A DNA stretch of 64,000 nucleotides from assembly GCA_963737905.1 (NCBI GenBank), contig CAVTUQ010000002.1, forward strand, positions 320,001 through 384,000, in the 5' to 3' direction. The stretch's first letter is position 1. Every line of letters begins with the position of its first letter. The DNA comes from an uncultured delta proteobacterium. Lineage in GTDB: Bacteria; Desulfobacterota; Binatia; UBA9968. Made by a program: the position numbers and the translations under genes. Below the pieces are notes generated by a model. That model saw nothing but the letters and a program-made list of their open reading frames with translations, ran no database searches and was not told the origin of the DNA. Positions 1 through 9,689 of this stretch are shown piece by piece.

Positions 1-591
1 ATTCTTCAGCGAGCCACCGTACTCGTCCGTCCTTCGATTGGAGTGCGGGGATAGGAACTGGCCGATGAGGTAGCCGTGCGCGCCGTGGATGTGAATCATG
101 TCCACCCCGGCCTCGAGACAGCGGTGCACCGCCTTAACAAAGGCTTCGATGACAATCTCAATGTCCTCATGAGTCATCTCACGCGGCACGGAGCCCGGAT
201 CGATGAACGTGCATGGCACGACGGAGGGGGCGATCGGCTGGCGCTGACTGGCCGTGATCGATGCCTGGCGTCCGCCGTGATTGAGTTCCATCGTGAGCTT
301 GGCCCCGTGCTCGTGGATGGCGTCGGCGATCTTGCGGAGCCCCGGAATGACGGCGTCGTCGTGGCAACCGACTTGGAACGGGTTCCCACGCCCTTCGGGT
401 CTCACATAGATCGACTCGAGCTGAATCAGCGCTACGCCGCCTTTCGCCCGCTCCCGGCTGTAATGGATGTAACGCTCGTTTAAGGTGCCATCCAGGTTTG
501 CCATCGCCTTTTCCATGGGCCCGGCGATGAACCGGTTTCGCATCTCCATGCCGTTGATCTTGCCGGGACGAAGAAGGTTTTCGAATGCCAT
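1..591 (-). CDS. NADH:flavin oxidoreductase / Old Yellow Enzyme family (runs off the left edge of the window)
   Basis: Manual translation from the ATG at 591 (RBS GAGGAG): MAFENLLRPGKINGMEMRNRFIAGPME...ERAKGGVALI...HGAHGYLIGQFLSPHSNRRTDEYGGS, the OYE signature. Absent from the ORF track because it has no stop inside the window. Confidence 0.92.
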   Translation of the reverse strand, partial: MAFENLLRPGKINGMEMRNRFIAGPMEKAMANLDGTLNERYIHYSRERAKGGVALIQLESIYVRPEGRGNPFQVGCHDDAVIPGLRKIADAIHEHGAKLTMELNHGGRQASITASQRQPIAPSVVPCTFIDPGSVPREMTHEDIEIVIEAFVKAVHRCLEAGVDMIHIHGAHGYLIGQFLSPHSNRRTDEYGGSLKN

Positions 592-1125
592 AGTCTCCTC
601 CGATCGCAGCTCGAGTGCCGTTGGGTTTCGATTAACATGGGCACTATTGCTTCGATACCCGTTCAGCCCCATCGAGTCAGTTTTGATGACGCACTCTAAG
701 TTACGCGCACGAATGCGCGGTGAGAATGATAGGCATTTGGTGTCCTAAAGTATCAAATTGTATCATCGTCGCTCCTCATGGGTTCGATTAGTTAATATTA
801 ATTTCTATGGAAGAATTACGAATCACATCCTGCACAAAGTTGCCCTGGAACTTTCTCACGACCTCGTTTTCGGTAAAACTCACATGGCTCGACATGTACA
901 TGTGACACTGAGAAGAAGTCAAATGAATTGGATGCCGTTGACCTTCCTCTATCACGACGATCGGCAGCAACTTCCTCAATGATTAACATTTCGATCACCC
1001 AAGACTCCAACCCGAGATTCAGCGATGTGGCGCTGGGCGCCAACGCCAGCGAGTCGTGGAAAGGTGTTGCGGTTGTTGGATTCCGCGCGATTTGATGCGA
1101 TAAAAAAGAACCGCTTGGAAGGAAT

Positions 1126-1416
1126 ATGAAAGCCAGTATTCGCCGCATAGCCGCCATTGCATTTTTTGTACTTGCCGCGCCGCTTGCCAGCGCGGACTCT
1201 TCCGCCCCTTCTCACTCATGTCGCAAACCAACTAAACCCGCTGAGATCAAGACCCAACAGGAAGCAGACAAATTCAACGAGGCTGTAAGCAATTACAAAT
1301 CCTGTATCGAGGACTTTGTCCGACAGCAGCAGGATGCCGCCATGAACCACCAACGTGCGGCGAGTCAGGCGGTCACTGAATGGAATGAATTCGTGACCAA
1401 CGATATGAAACAGTAG
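1126..1416 (+). CDS. small exported hypothetical protein with two Cys
   Basis: RBS GGAAGG; Sec-type signal peptide ending ASA; helical mature part with C...C. Confidence 0.7.
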   Translation: MKASIRRIAAIAFFVLAAPLASADSSAPSHSCRKPTKPAEIKTQQEADKFNEAVSNYKSCIEDFVRQQQDAAMNHQRAASQAVTEWNEFVTNDMKQ

Positions 1417-1496
1417 CCCGATCATCCGGCGCTCGATCCGCGGCCGGACATGGTCGAAGCTTTTAAAAAACTAGGTCTTTTCCGGGAGAGGACATC

Positions 1497-2534
1497 ATGA
1501 ATATGAAACATTTTGGAATGAGCATGCTCGTGCTTGCGCTGTCGGCTGCCGGCGGCGCTGCATGGCCGCAGAACGTCAAAATCACGCCCCTCGGCACGCA
1601 CCCGGGCGAACTGTGCGACCGCGACCGCGCGACCATCTTCGAAGACCCGACCGGCGTGCGTATCCTTTACGATGCCGGGCAGTCGGTAATGGGCGGCGAA
1701 GACCCGCGCCTGGGCACCATCCACGTCGTGCTGCTGAGCCATGCCCATACCGATCACATCGGGGACCGCAAGATCGCCGCGCTCAACGCGGGTTCGTGCG
1801 AGAAACCGGAAACGGTGTCGGCGCTGCCAAATTCTACCACCGCCGAGATTGCGGCGGCGAAGAATGCTTCGCTAATCATGATCCGCAACATGGCGTTCTT
1901 TCTCGGCAAAAAGATCCAGAACATCCGCGGCAAGCCGACCGGGAATTGCGCCGAGACCGGCGGCAGCATTGCCGCGGTGCAGGAGGCGCCCTGCCTCGCG
2001 CCAGTCGAACTCGGTGGCACCAAGAACGTCAAGGCCGCCGGCGGCGCGAGCGGCGTCGAGATCACCACCGTATACGCGGCACACGACAGCACGCTTTCGC
2101 GCGAACTGCTGACCGATGCGCAGAAGAAAATACTCGAGCCGGACAACATCAGCGTAAGCCTCGGAGCGCCAAGCGGCTACGTAATCAAGTTCACCAACGG
2201 GCTGCGTGCTTATCTGTCGGGGGACACCGGGTTGCACTCAGAGATGCGCACGGTCGTGCGCGAGTATTACCGCGTCAATCTGGCGGTCATCAACATGGGT
2301 CTGAACGCGATCCAGCCCGACGCGGCGGCGTACGCGATCAACGAACTGGTCCGCCCCGCATCGGTGATCGTGTCGCATCCGAACGAGGGAGTAACTTCAG
2401 GCGGCGCGCTGCGGCCGAATACGCGCACCAAGACGTTCATCGATCTGGTCAAGGGCCGGCCGGTTTACCTCGCGATCAGCGGGCGCACGCTGGAGTTCGA
2501 CGGCAGCGGAAGTTGTGTGGCCGGCGGCTGTTGA
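1497..2534 (+). CDS. exported metallo-beta-lactamase-fold hydrolase
   Basis: Signal peptide; HAHTDH motif; YLSGDTG; C-terminal SH. Confidence 0.88.
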   Translation: MNMKHFGMSMLVLALSAAGGAAWPQNVKITPLGTHPGELCDRDRATIFEDPTGVRILYDAGQSVMGGEDPRLGTIHVVLLSHAHTDHIGDRKIAALNAGSCEKPETVSALPNSTTAEIAAAKNASLIMIRNMAFFLGKKIQNIRGKPTGNCAETGGSIAAVQEAPCLAPVELGGTKNVKAAGGASGVEITTVYAAHDSTLSRELLTDAQKKILEPDNISVSLGAPSGYVIKFTNGLRAYLSGDTGLHSEMRTVVREYYRVNLAVINMGLNAIQPDAAAYAINELVRPASVIVSHPNEGVTSGGALRPNTRTKTFIDLVKGRPVYLAISGRTLEFDGSGSCVAGGC

Positions 2535-2540
2535 TTGATC

Positions 2541-2600
2541 GCAGTGAGATGGGCTTTCACGTCCGCGAACGCTTCGATCTTCATAATTCAAATGATTGCC
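2541..2600 (-). pseudogene. scar of a RelE/Phd TA junction (toxin end ...FEL* overlapping antitoxin start MKIEAFADVKAHL)
   Basis: 2541-2592 aligns by eye to 5889-5940 with about 5 mismatches. Confidence 0.7.
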
Positions 2601-3529
2601 TTTGTCGCAATCGTCGTCATCCGCTCCTCTCTGAAAAATTTAAGCTCAGGGGCGCTTCCACGTATCCACGTTCGGAGGATCTGTCCCGCGATCTTGTCTG
2701 GATCCGCCCCAGGAATCGGTTCGAACTTCTGCAGCCGGCCCGCGAAGCAATCTGCCAGGTACAGATTACCGAGTTGATTCGTTGTGATCCCGTGTGAACA
2801 ATTTAGCCGACCAGCCTGGCCACCCGGGGCGCCCCAGCCGTACAGAAAATTTCCGTTGAGATCGAACTTGAGGATTCGACTCGTGGGCGCATCGCCGACC
2901 CAGATGAAACCTTTGTCATCGATGAAGTGATTCACCATGAGCGTGGTCTGACTGGCGGGCCAGTGCGGTGATCTTAGCGGCCACATATCGAGAAACTTCC
3001 CGTTCTCGTCGAAAACCTGCATCCGGGCATGTCCGCGGTCGATGATGAAGAGCCGGCGGTCGGCGCTGATCGCGATGCTGTGGACCGTATTCCACTCGTT
3101 TGGTCCCGGGTTCTTCGGGTCCTTGGGCGGCCCGCCCCAGTCCATGATGAAGTTATCGTTCGCGTCGTACTTGACGACACGTGTGCCGCCGTAGCCGTCG
3201 GTTATGAAGTAAGTCCCGTCGGGCAGCCAGGCGATGTCCGTCGGCCGGTCGAACGTGTTGGGCCCGCGACCGCGCACGCCGAGCTGCCCTTTGCTGTGAA
3301 CCAGCTTACCGTCATACGTAAACCGGTAAATCATGTGGAGCTGGTCGTCGATGATCCAGACGTGCTTCTCTTTGTCGTAGGGGCTGATCTTGATCTGGTG
3401 CGGCCCGCGGCCGCAGGGAAGCTTGGAGAATAGCTCGTCGAGATGCGGCCACTCGTCCACGAGGTTGCCCTGACGATCGAACACGATGATCGAGTGCTGG
3501 AACCGGCGCTCCCATCCCCGCTTTTTCAC
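2588..3529 (-). CDS. NHL-repeat beta-propeller, peptidyl-alpha-hydroxyglycine alpha-amidating lyase-like; probably N-terminally truncated
   Basis: NHL repeats (FDRPTDIAW..DG.YFITDGY, VHSIAIS..RRLFIIDR, SHGITT..GNLYLAD); no signal peptide; the tail runs into the TA scar. Confidence 0.75.
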   Translation of the reverse strand: MKKRGWERRFQHSIIVFDRQGNLVDEWPHLDELFSKLPCGRGPHQIKISPYDKEKHVWIIDDQLHMIYRFTYDGKLVHSKGQLGVRGRGPNTFDRPTDIAWLPDGTYFITDGYGGTRVVKYDANDNFIMDWGGPPKDPKNPGPNEWNTVHSIAISADRRLFIIDRGHARMQVFDENGKFLDMWPLRSPHWPASQTTLMVNHFIDDKGFIWVGDAPTSRILKFDLNGNFLYGWGAPGGQAGRLNCSHGITTNQLGNLYLADCFAGRLQKFEPIPGADPDKIAGQILRTWIRGSAPELKFFREERMTTIATKAII

Positions 3530-3651
3530 AGACTCGCACGTTGCCGATAACCCGTCCCATTTACACGTTGTGCATTGTAGAGTAATTCTGAATCCAATTT
3601 GCGGGAGATTTCGAACAACTTCGAAGCTTCGGTACCGGGAGGACCACCAAG

Positions 3652-4380
3652 ATGATCCAAAAACTTTGCCGAACCGGCCTTGCCATTATCGCAGCGCTGG
3701 CCATCGCGAGCAGCGCCGGTCAGGCGTTGGCGCAAGCTGAGCGCTTCGAGATCGCCAGCATCAAAGCCATACGGCCGACGCTGGTCAACACCATCGCCGC
3801 GTTGCAGGCGGGCGATGTCGCGCGTGCAAAGGCTGCCTTCGAGGCCTACGACTCCGCGTGGAACGGCATCGAAGTCTACGTCAACGTCCGCAGCAAGGCG
3901 ATGTACCAAACTCTGGAGCACGAGTACCAGGCGCGGATCGCCAAAGCGCTGGATGCCCCCAATCCGAACATCCCGTCACTGCTCGCGGACGCGCAGGCGA
4001 TGCTGGCCAAATTCGACGAGACCGTCGCCTTGATCTCCCCGATGCCGCCGCTTAATTCATTTTATGACGACATTGCACGGCTGCGCATCGTGCGCGCGCA
4101 CCTGCGCGAAGTACCCCCTGCGTTAAAGGCCGGCGACTTCGCGAAGGCGCGGAGGTCCTTTCAAGCCTTCGACGACAACTGGGATAGCATCGAAGATCTC
4201 ATCAAGGCGCGCAACCCCGACTCCTATGTGGCGATCGAGAAAGGTATGATCGAGATCGAATACGCGCTGAAGCCCGACAAACCCGACGTTGCCCAGGTCA
4301 CCGCCAAGGTCAATGAGGTGATGCGCCTCTACAATGAAGCCCTCGCAGAGGTTGTGAAGGACGCCAGGGCACACCACTAG
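3652..4380 (+). CDS. exported protein with two helical repeats (AGD.A.A...F.A(Y/F)D..W..IE)
   Basis: RBS GGAGG; signal peptide ending ALA; visible internal duplication. Confidence 0.8.
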   Translation: MIQKLCRTGLAIIAALAIASSAGQALAQAERFEIASIKAIRPTLVNTIAALQAGDVARAKAAFEAYDSAWNGIEVYVNVRSKAMYQTLEHEYQARIAKALDAPNPNIPSLLADAQAMLAKFDETVALISPMPPLNSFYDDIARLRIVRAHLREVPPALKAGDFAKARRSFQAFDDNWDSIEDLIKARNPDSYVAIEKGMIEIEYALKPDKPDVAQVTAKVNEVMRLYNEALAEVVKDARAHH

Positions 4381-4459
4381 AGAATCCTTTGGGGATCTGG
4401 AAGTAACCGACCCCGAACAGCGCATCAGAGAGCAGAACACAAGTTCGTTACGCTTGAAT

Positions 4460-4519
4460 TCTTGAACTTTGAACTGTTAAACCGCCGTGTAGCGCGGAGC
4501 GAAGCGATTGAACGATTGG
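4460..4519. repeat. TTGAAC-type REP-like repeat (GAGCGAAGCGATTGAACGATTGG)
   Basis: Similar to 14148-14195 and to the insert in remnant copies 3, 4 and 6. Confidence 0.5.
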
Positions 4520-4546
4520 TACGCCAAGATGTGCAACTCACAGGAA

Positions 4547-4657
4547 TGAGGGTTTGGTGAGCAGCGATCGCAGAGCGATCCGGGAACTGAGCCGAAGATT
4601 CAGAAAATGCTTTCAGCACCTCACCAGGCTAAGTACTTAAGTCAAGATTTGCCTCTA
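4547..4657 (+). repeat. transposase 3'-end remnant, copy 1
   Basis: GGTTTGGTGA...CTCACCAGGCTAAGTACTTAAGTCAAGATTTGCCTCTA. Confidence 0.85.
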
Positions 4658-4811
4658 CGCCTTGCGATGATTTCTGGCCAGACACGTTTCATTTTTAGCA
4701 ATTTCGCTTAGTCCATTTACTTCTCTGTTAATCTGCAGGTCGAATTGTATTCGGGAGTGCAGCGTTGGCGTCGCCGCTTCATCATGTGATAGATTACCAA
4801 GGGAGGCAGTT

Positions 4812-5045
4812 ATGTCCTGGATTGTGTCAGATGCCGATCATCTAGGCGGCAAACCCCGCGTACGGGATACCCGCATCGCGGTTGCGTTGCTTTTGGAGTG
4901 GCTGGCGGCGGGAATGACGATCGAAGAGATCGTCAAGGAGTATCCCAGCCTCACTGAGGAGGCGGTTCGTGGAACGTTGGAAGAATTAGCCCACTCTGAA
5001 TTGTTGGCGCCTAGTGAAAATTCTTCTCGACGAGAACATGCCTGA
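4812..5045 (+). CDS. DUF433 antitoxin (VapB45-like)
   Basis: GGKPRVRDTRI.V..LLE.LAAG.T.EEI..EYP.LT.E.V; RBS GGAGG. Confidence 0.9.
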   Translation: MSWIVSDADHLGGKPRVRDTRIAVALLLEWLAAGMTIEEIVKEYPSLTEEAVRGTLEELAHSELLAPSENSSRREHA

Positions 5046-5358
5046 GTCGTTGGTCGTTGCCCTGGAAGATCTCGGTCACGAGGTTGATTCGGTCAATCAT
5101 CTCAAACTGAAAGGGCTCGATAACGGGACACTCTATCGGCAAGTTGCGGTCCAATATGACCTCTGTTTTACCAGAGATACTGGCTTTGCTCACAATGTTC
5201 GCCAGATGCGAGATCCTTCACAAGTTAAAGTTCTGCGCGTAATAGTTCCCAACAGCGTACCGAATCATTCGTTCCGGCTTTTGTTGATGCTTTTCAAAAG
5301 TCCAATTGGTCGCGCTACTCGAATGGCGACGATTGGCCCTAGCTCCAAGGATACATAA
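5014..5358 (+). CDS. DUF5615 PIN-like toxin (C-terminus probably frameshifted)
   Basis: MKILLDENMP...LEDLGHEV...GLDNG...TRDTGF; coupled to DUF433. Confidence 0.82.
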   Translation: MKILLDENMPESLVVALEDLGHEVDSVNHLKLKGLDNGTLYRQVAVQYDLCFTRDTGFAHNVRQMRDPSQVKVLRVIVPNSVPNHSFRLLLMLFKSPIGRATRMATIGPSSKDT

Positions 5359-5568
5359 AGGTTGGTCGAGACGCAGTGGGAAAGTCTCCTAGCCCAAATG
5401 GTGCTAGGGCACCAAGATTTTGTCGAGAAGCTAAAAGGAATGAAGATCAAGGGTTTGGTAAGGCGCGATCGGAGAGCGATCCGGGAAAAGATCGAGACTG
5501 AAGCGAAGATCCGAAAATGGTTTCAGGATCTCACCAGGCGAAGTACTTAAGTCAAGATTTGCCCACTA
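5349..5568 (+). repeat. transposase 3'-end remnant, copy 2 (internally deleted)
   Basis: Encodes VETQWESLLAQMVLGHQDFVEKLKG fused to GLVRRDRRAIREKIETEAKIRKWFQDLTRRST*, followed by GTCAAGATTTGCCCACTAG. Confidence 0.85.
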
Positions 5569-5617
5569 GCGGCCGTTTCTTTGCGCAGGGAAAAAGTACG
5601 TGACCTATTTGACAGAT

Positions 5618-5932
5618 TTACGAACCCAATTTAGATTTTTTTCGGACTTGCGAAGGGCGTTTGGCTTGATGACGCCGAGCGACAGTCTTCCAGAATTCGT
5701 TGTGTGACACTCCTTTGCCTGCTTTAATGCTTCTTCGTGATTTAGCAAGCAAAGACTGGAACCGGCGCGAGTGGGCTAGCATGAGCCGTTCCAAATCGTC
5801 ACTATCCTTCGGCGCTAGCAATACCGCGGCGGCCTTGCCGTTGCGCGTAATAATGACCGGGCCCTCATTCGCGCATTCATCTACATAAGCACTGAGATGG
5901 GCTTTCACGTCCGCGAGCGCTGCGATCTTCAT
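5618..5932 (-). CDS. Phd/YefM-family antitoxin
   Basis: MKIAALADVKAHLSAYV...GPVIITRNGKAAAVL. Confidence 0.9.
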   Translation of the reverse strand: MKIAALADVKAHLSAYVDECANEGPVIITRNGKAAAVLLAPKDSDDLERLMLAHSRRFQSLLAKSRRSIKAGKGVSHNEFWKTVARRHQAKRPSQVRKKSKLGS

Positions 5933-6252
5933 AGTTCGAACTCCTGTCCGCCAATAAACAACCGATCGCCTTTTTTCACGCCGATCGCCAAGACAGAGAC
6001 AGTCTTTTCCTCATGATTCACGTTGTAAAAAACACGAAACGAGTTGTTTGGCCCAAAACGCAATTCCCAGGTCGCGCCGAACCAGGCCGGCTCTTCAAGC
6101 GGTTTACGGTTTCGAGTCTCCGTCGTGGGCGTGTGGGAAAGCTGCTCTTCGGTGGTCGTCGCGACCAAACGGTGATATTTAAGCTCGATCCAATCCAAAT
6201 GTTTGTACGTCTCTGGCGCATAGCTGATCGCAAATGTGGATCGCCGCGCCAT
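5929..6252 (-). CDS. RelE/ParE-family toxin
   Basis: EEQLSHTP..ETRNRKPL...WELRFG..NSFRVFY.V...V.VLAIGVK; ATGA overlap with the antitoxin; TATAAT 8 nt upstream. Confidence 0.88.
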   Translation of the reverse strand: MARRSTFAISYAPETYKHLDWIELKYHRLVATTTEEQLSHTPTTETRNRKPLEEPAWFGATWELRFGPNNSFRVFYNVNHEEKTVSVLAIGVKKGDRLFIGGQEFEL

Positions 6253-6369
6253 TGACCACAATTATAGTCATCAACCAGTGGAAATCAAATACTCGCAGCG
6301 ATCCGCCGCGTCATATCCGCGCAAATTCATGACCCACACGATTGCAGTGAGCGAGGAAAGAGCAGTGCT

Positions 6370-6737
6370 AAAGATCAGCTTATCGAATCATCCAAAGCAT
6401 CGACGCCGAAGCGCTAATCAAGCAAGCAGGAGATTATTTCCGGCTAAGCGGCAGAGTTTACCAGGAAACGGTGTGGTATTGGCAGGAACGAGCGCTAGTG
6501 ATCATTGCACCAATACAGCGAGCTTAAGGTCTCGGTGGTTTACCGTCTCTCCGACGGCTTGAACGGTTTGAACGGATTGAACTGTTTGAACAAGTAACGG
6601 CTCATTGCCGAGCGGTTTAGGAGGGTTTGGTGAGCCGTGACCGCGGAGCCATCCGGGAAAAGATCGAGACTGAAGCGAAGATCCGAAAATGGTTTCAGGA
6701 TCTCACCAGGCCAAGTACTTGAGTCAAGATTCGACCC
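6370..6737 (+). repeat. transposase 3'-end remnant, copy 3 (longest; carries the TTGAAC insert)
   Basis: YRIIQSIDAEALIKQAGDYFRL...QERALV...ELK[insert]..LIAER..GLVSRD...WFQDLTRPST*, then GTCAAGATTCGACCCTAG. Confidence 0.88.
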
Positions 6738-6835
6738 TAGCGACTTTGCGCTTGTCGTAGCTAATTTCCGCGCAACAAGATTGGCAAGAGCACTAAGAAC
6801 AAGCTGAAGTTGGCGAGCGCGTAAATTGCGCGTGG

Positions 6836-7918
6836 TTACCGAGACGGCCGCGCCGGCAGTGGCGCCGGCCCGGAAAGTCTCTTGAAGAGATCGATGATCT
6901 CGGCTTCCCGCGGCAACTCGCGAAGCTGTGTTTCGAATTCCTCCCAAGTTAGCGGCATGGCTGGCTCCGAGGTGAGTTTCTCGTAAGCTTTGATGTACTC
7001 CGGGTCGGCTAAGGCTTTGCGCATGGCCTCACGCAATATTTTGACTTGCTCCGCCGGCGTGCCCGGCGGCAGCACAAACGGCTGGCCGGTGTCGCGTGCG
7101 CCGCGAAAAAGCTGAATGAGACGGCGGTCTTGATTTGAGCGAGCGAAACTCTCGATCTCGGAAAGTTTGGCGAGCCTGGTATCGGCGTGTTTGAAGCCCT
7201 TGGGGATGTCGATGGTGGCGTGAACATGTACCAGATCTTTATCCAACCACGCTACATTGCGCGTCAGCAAGCTGTCCAGGATGCTTACCCTGGCATCGAT
7301 TTCGTTCCTCTCCAAAGCGAAGTCGATCTCCCGCGGCGTGTAGCCGGTGACAAAACGCGGCTCTTTCATGTCCAGCATGTAGGCGAATAGCCGGGCCATG
7401 GTGTAAAGACTGTGACCGACGGCCGGGGCGCCGATGCGCACACCGCGGGACGCGGTCAAAGTTTCCCGGCTGTTGAAGCCAGCGGCCTTGCGCGTAAGAA
7501 AAGCATAGGGCGCATAGCGGGCATGAGAGCCGAGATAAATGAATTTGTCCAGATCATAGAGCACGTCGGTCTCGCCGAAAATCGTGCCCTGCACCATTCC
7601 CGTGATCATGGCGCCGACGGTCAAACCATCAGGCCGGACTGACTTGTACATGTGATTGGCTGCCTTGCGCCCGCCGGCGCCGGACATGTATTGCATGACG
7701 ATGGCAGGATGGCCGGGGATATGTTTTTTCAAGACCGGAATCACTGCGCGTGTACGTAGATCGCCCGCACCGCCGGCGTCAGTGCCGCTAAGGAGAAGAA
7801 CATTCTTGCCTTCATAGAAAGGCGTCTGGGCCAATGCCGCTGGGGCCAAGACGATCCACTGCGCCAGCAGAAGAAAGACGGTAAACACGACGATCTGCAG
7901 TTTGTGTTCTTTTTCCAT
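6836..7918 (-). CDS. TctC/Bug-like tripartite tricarboxylate transporter substrate-binding protein
   Basis: Signal peptide; FYEGK....G..AGG..D; YMSGAGGRKAAN; PDGLT; ALERNEID; PFVLPPGTP. Confidence 0.88.
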   Translation of the reverse strand: MEKEHKLQIVVFTVFLLLAQWIVLAPAALAQTPFYEGKNVLLLSGTDAGGAGDLRTRAVIPVLKKHIPGHPAIVMQYMSGAGGRKAANHMYKSVRPDGLTVGAMITGMVQGTIFGETDVLYDLDKFIYLGSHARYAPYAFLTRKAAGFNSRETLTASRGVRIGAPAVGHSLYTMARLFAYMLDMKEPRFVTGYTPREIDFALERNEIDARVSILDSLLTRNVAWLDKDLVHVHATIDIPKGFKHADTRLAKLSEIESFARSNQDRRLIQLFRGARDTGQPFVLPPGTPAEQVKILREAMRKALADPEYIKAYEKLTSEPAMPLTWEEFETQLRELPREAEIIDLFKRLSGPAPLPARPSR

Positions 7919-8754
7919 TAGCCGGTTAGCTCCCACCAGTTCTTGTCCAGGTCGCTAAAGATAAAACTGGTTTTGCCGTTGATAGTGTCGAGCTGGCCGA
8001 GCTCGGTGATGCCGGCGGCCTCGCCGTTGGTCGAGAATTCGCGGTGCGCTTGCTCAACTGCCGCGGCTGAATCCATTTGCAAAGTGAATCGGTTCACCGG
8101 TGCTAGATACTGACGCGGGCTGCGCTTCAAGACCACGATGTACCAGGGTGCGGCGGCGTGCTTGACGTATTGGGCGTTGTTGAATCCCGCCAGGATTTCG
8201 AGTCCCAAAACATCGATGTAGAAGCGGCGGCTGCGCTCGATGTCGTCGCACTGGAGCGTGCCGTGGGTGAAAGCCTGCGGCACGTAGCCGCGTTCGGAAA
8301 AGCGCTCGTCGGTGAGCGGCTTATCCCAATGGCCGGCGGTGTGAGCGCGGCCGTGCTGCGCGCCACCGGGATTGTAATATTCGATCTCCAGATGGTTGCC
8401 GCCGGGCTCGCGAAAATAGATCGAGTAAGCGAAGTGCGCGCTCTGCGGTTTGGTGATTTTGCTGAGGTGGTATTTCTCTTTGTTGGCCTCGATGTATTTC
8501 CAGGCGGCTTCGACTTCTTCATGGCGGGCGACGCGAAAGCCGTAGTGATTGTCAAAGCCCTTTTCTGGCGCGTCCGGACCGCCTTCGTGGACGATCAGGC
8601 GCCAGTCGGTATTGGGATGCTTGAGGGTGGCCTCGCCCGCTTTTTGCTCGACGATCTCCATCGCCAATAGATCGGTAAAGACCGGAAGGGTTTCCGACAG
8701 CGACCGGCATTCGTAATGGCCCGCAACGAGGCCGGTGGTGCGCAAAATTGACAT
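7918..8754 (-). CDS. two-domain VOC/glyoxalase family protein
   Basis: HYGF...SIYFREPGGNHLEIE; HGTL...FSDLDKNWWEL; RBS GGGAG. Confidence 0.88.
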   Translation of the reverse strand: MSILRTTGLVAGHYECRSLSETLPVFTDLLAMEIVEQKAGEATLKHPNTDWRLIVHEGGPDAPEKGFDNHYGFRVARHEEVEAAWKYIEANKEKYHLSKITKPQSAHFAYSIYFREPGGNHLEIEYYNPGGAQHGRAHTAGHWDKPLTDERFSERGYVPQAFTHGTLQCDDIERSRRFYIDVLGLEILAGFNNAQYVKHAAAPWYIVVLKRSPRQYLAPVNRFTLQMDSAAAVEQAHREFSTNGEAAGITELGQLDTINGKTSFIFSDLDKNWWELTG

Positions 8755-8952
8755 TGTTTTCTCCCTGAGACCGTAATCCGCGGCTCCGTGCAAAATATCA
8801 GCACGCCAAAGTGGTAGCAATGCTGTCCGACACGGTCTCAGTTCCCGTACAGCGTTTTGAGAAATCCTTCCTTTTCCACCGACCATTAGCATAACGGTGA
8901 AAGCCGGCAAGTTCAGTCAACATTCGATCTCTTTTCGCCCGTTAATGGGTGG

Positions 8953-8981
8953 TTGCGACATGACCTGTATATGACTATAAT
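8953..8981 (+). promoter_or_regulatory. sigma70 promoter, probably giving a leaderless TA transcript
   Basis: TTGCGA-17nt-TATAAT, with the ATG 6 nt downstream and no RBS. Confidence 0.65.
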
Positions 8982-8987
8982 CTGGCC

Positions 8988-9239
8988 ATGAATGTTGTAA
9001 ATGTAGCCATTTTAAAGGAAAAACTCAGTTACTATCTGAGCCTGGTCAAGTTGGGCGAAGAAGTCGTCGTCACCTCGCATCGTCATCAGGTCGCGCGAAT
9101 AGTTCCGGCGGCCGCTCCTTCGGCGGAGATCGTGGAGCCTACTCGCCCGGTCAAAGACTTAAAAAAAGTAAGAGGCATTACGCCCAGACGATCGTCGTCC
9201 GGAGTGAAATCTCTTTTAGACGACCGCCGGCGCCGATGA
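8988..9239 (+). CDS. Phd/YefM-family (VapB) antitoxin
   Basis: VNVAILKEKLSYYLSLVKLGEEVVVT....VARIVP. Confidence 0.88.
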   Translation: MNVVNVAILKEKLSYYLSLVKLGEEVVVTSHRHQVARIVPAAAPSAEIVEPTRPVKDLKKVRGITPRRSSSGVKSLLDDRRRR

Positions 9240-9655
9240 CCGTTTACGTCGACACGTCGATCGTCCTGCGCATACTGTTACGGGAGCCGAACCCGGTAGG
9301 CATTTGGGGTCAATGGAACAAAGCCTACAGCAGCGCCCTGTGGCGCGTCGAAGCGTTGAGAACGGTCGACCGGCTCCGGTTAACTCAAGAAATCTCCGAT
9401 TCCGAAGTCGCGGAGCTCGTGCATGAAATCAAGATTATCAACCAAACCTTCGCGATTCACCCGCTCACAAACCAAATCTTTCAGCGAGCGAGCGAAACTT
9501 TTCCCACTGTGGTCGGAACCCTGGATGCGATTCATTTAGCCACGGCGCTCTCGATACGTGAAATTGAAAATATTGATTACCTGCTGACCCATGATTCGCA
9601 ACTCGGCACCGCTGCTAGAAGCCTTGGATTCGACGTGATGGGAATGGATCAGTAA
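9236..9655 (+). CDS. vapC: VapC PIN-domain toxin
   Basis: VYVDTS...E...GTLDAIHLATAL...LTHDSQL. Confidence 0.9.
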   Translation: MTVYVDTSIVLRILLREPNPVGIWGQWNKAYSSALWRVEALRTVDRLRLTQEISDSEVAELVHEIKIINQTFAIHPLTNQIFQRASETFPTVVGTLDAIHLATALSIREIENIDYLLTHDSQLGTAARSLGFDVMGMDQ

Positions 9656-9689
9656 AAAGATCGGCGCCGAAATGTGGGGGCTGCGAAAT

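Noticed and set aside
788-1000. Small minus-strand ORFs between the OYE gene and 1126
   Set aside because: No recognisable motif or RBS; possibly a gene remnant, but unsupported.
2520-2540. Sec at the MBL terminal GGC-TGA
   Set aside because: No conserved continuation and no SECIS-like hairpin; the downstream DNA is a TA scar.
1562-2797. 411-aa ORF
   Set aside because: Arg/Pro-rich alternate-frame shadow of the MBL gene.
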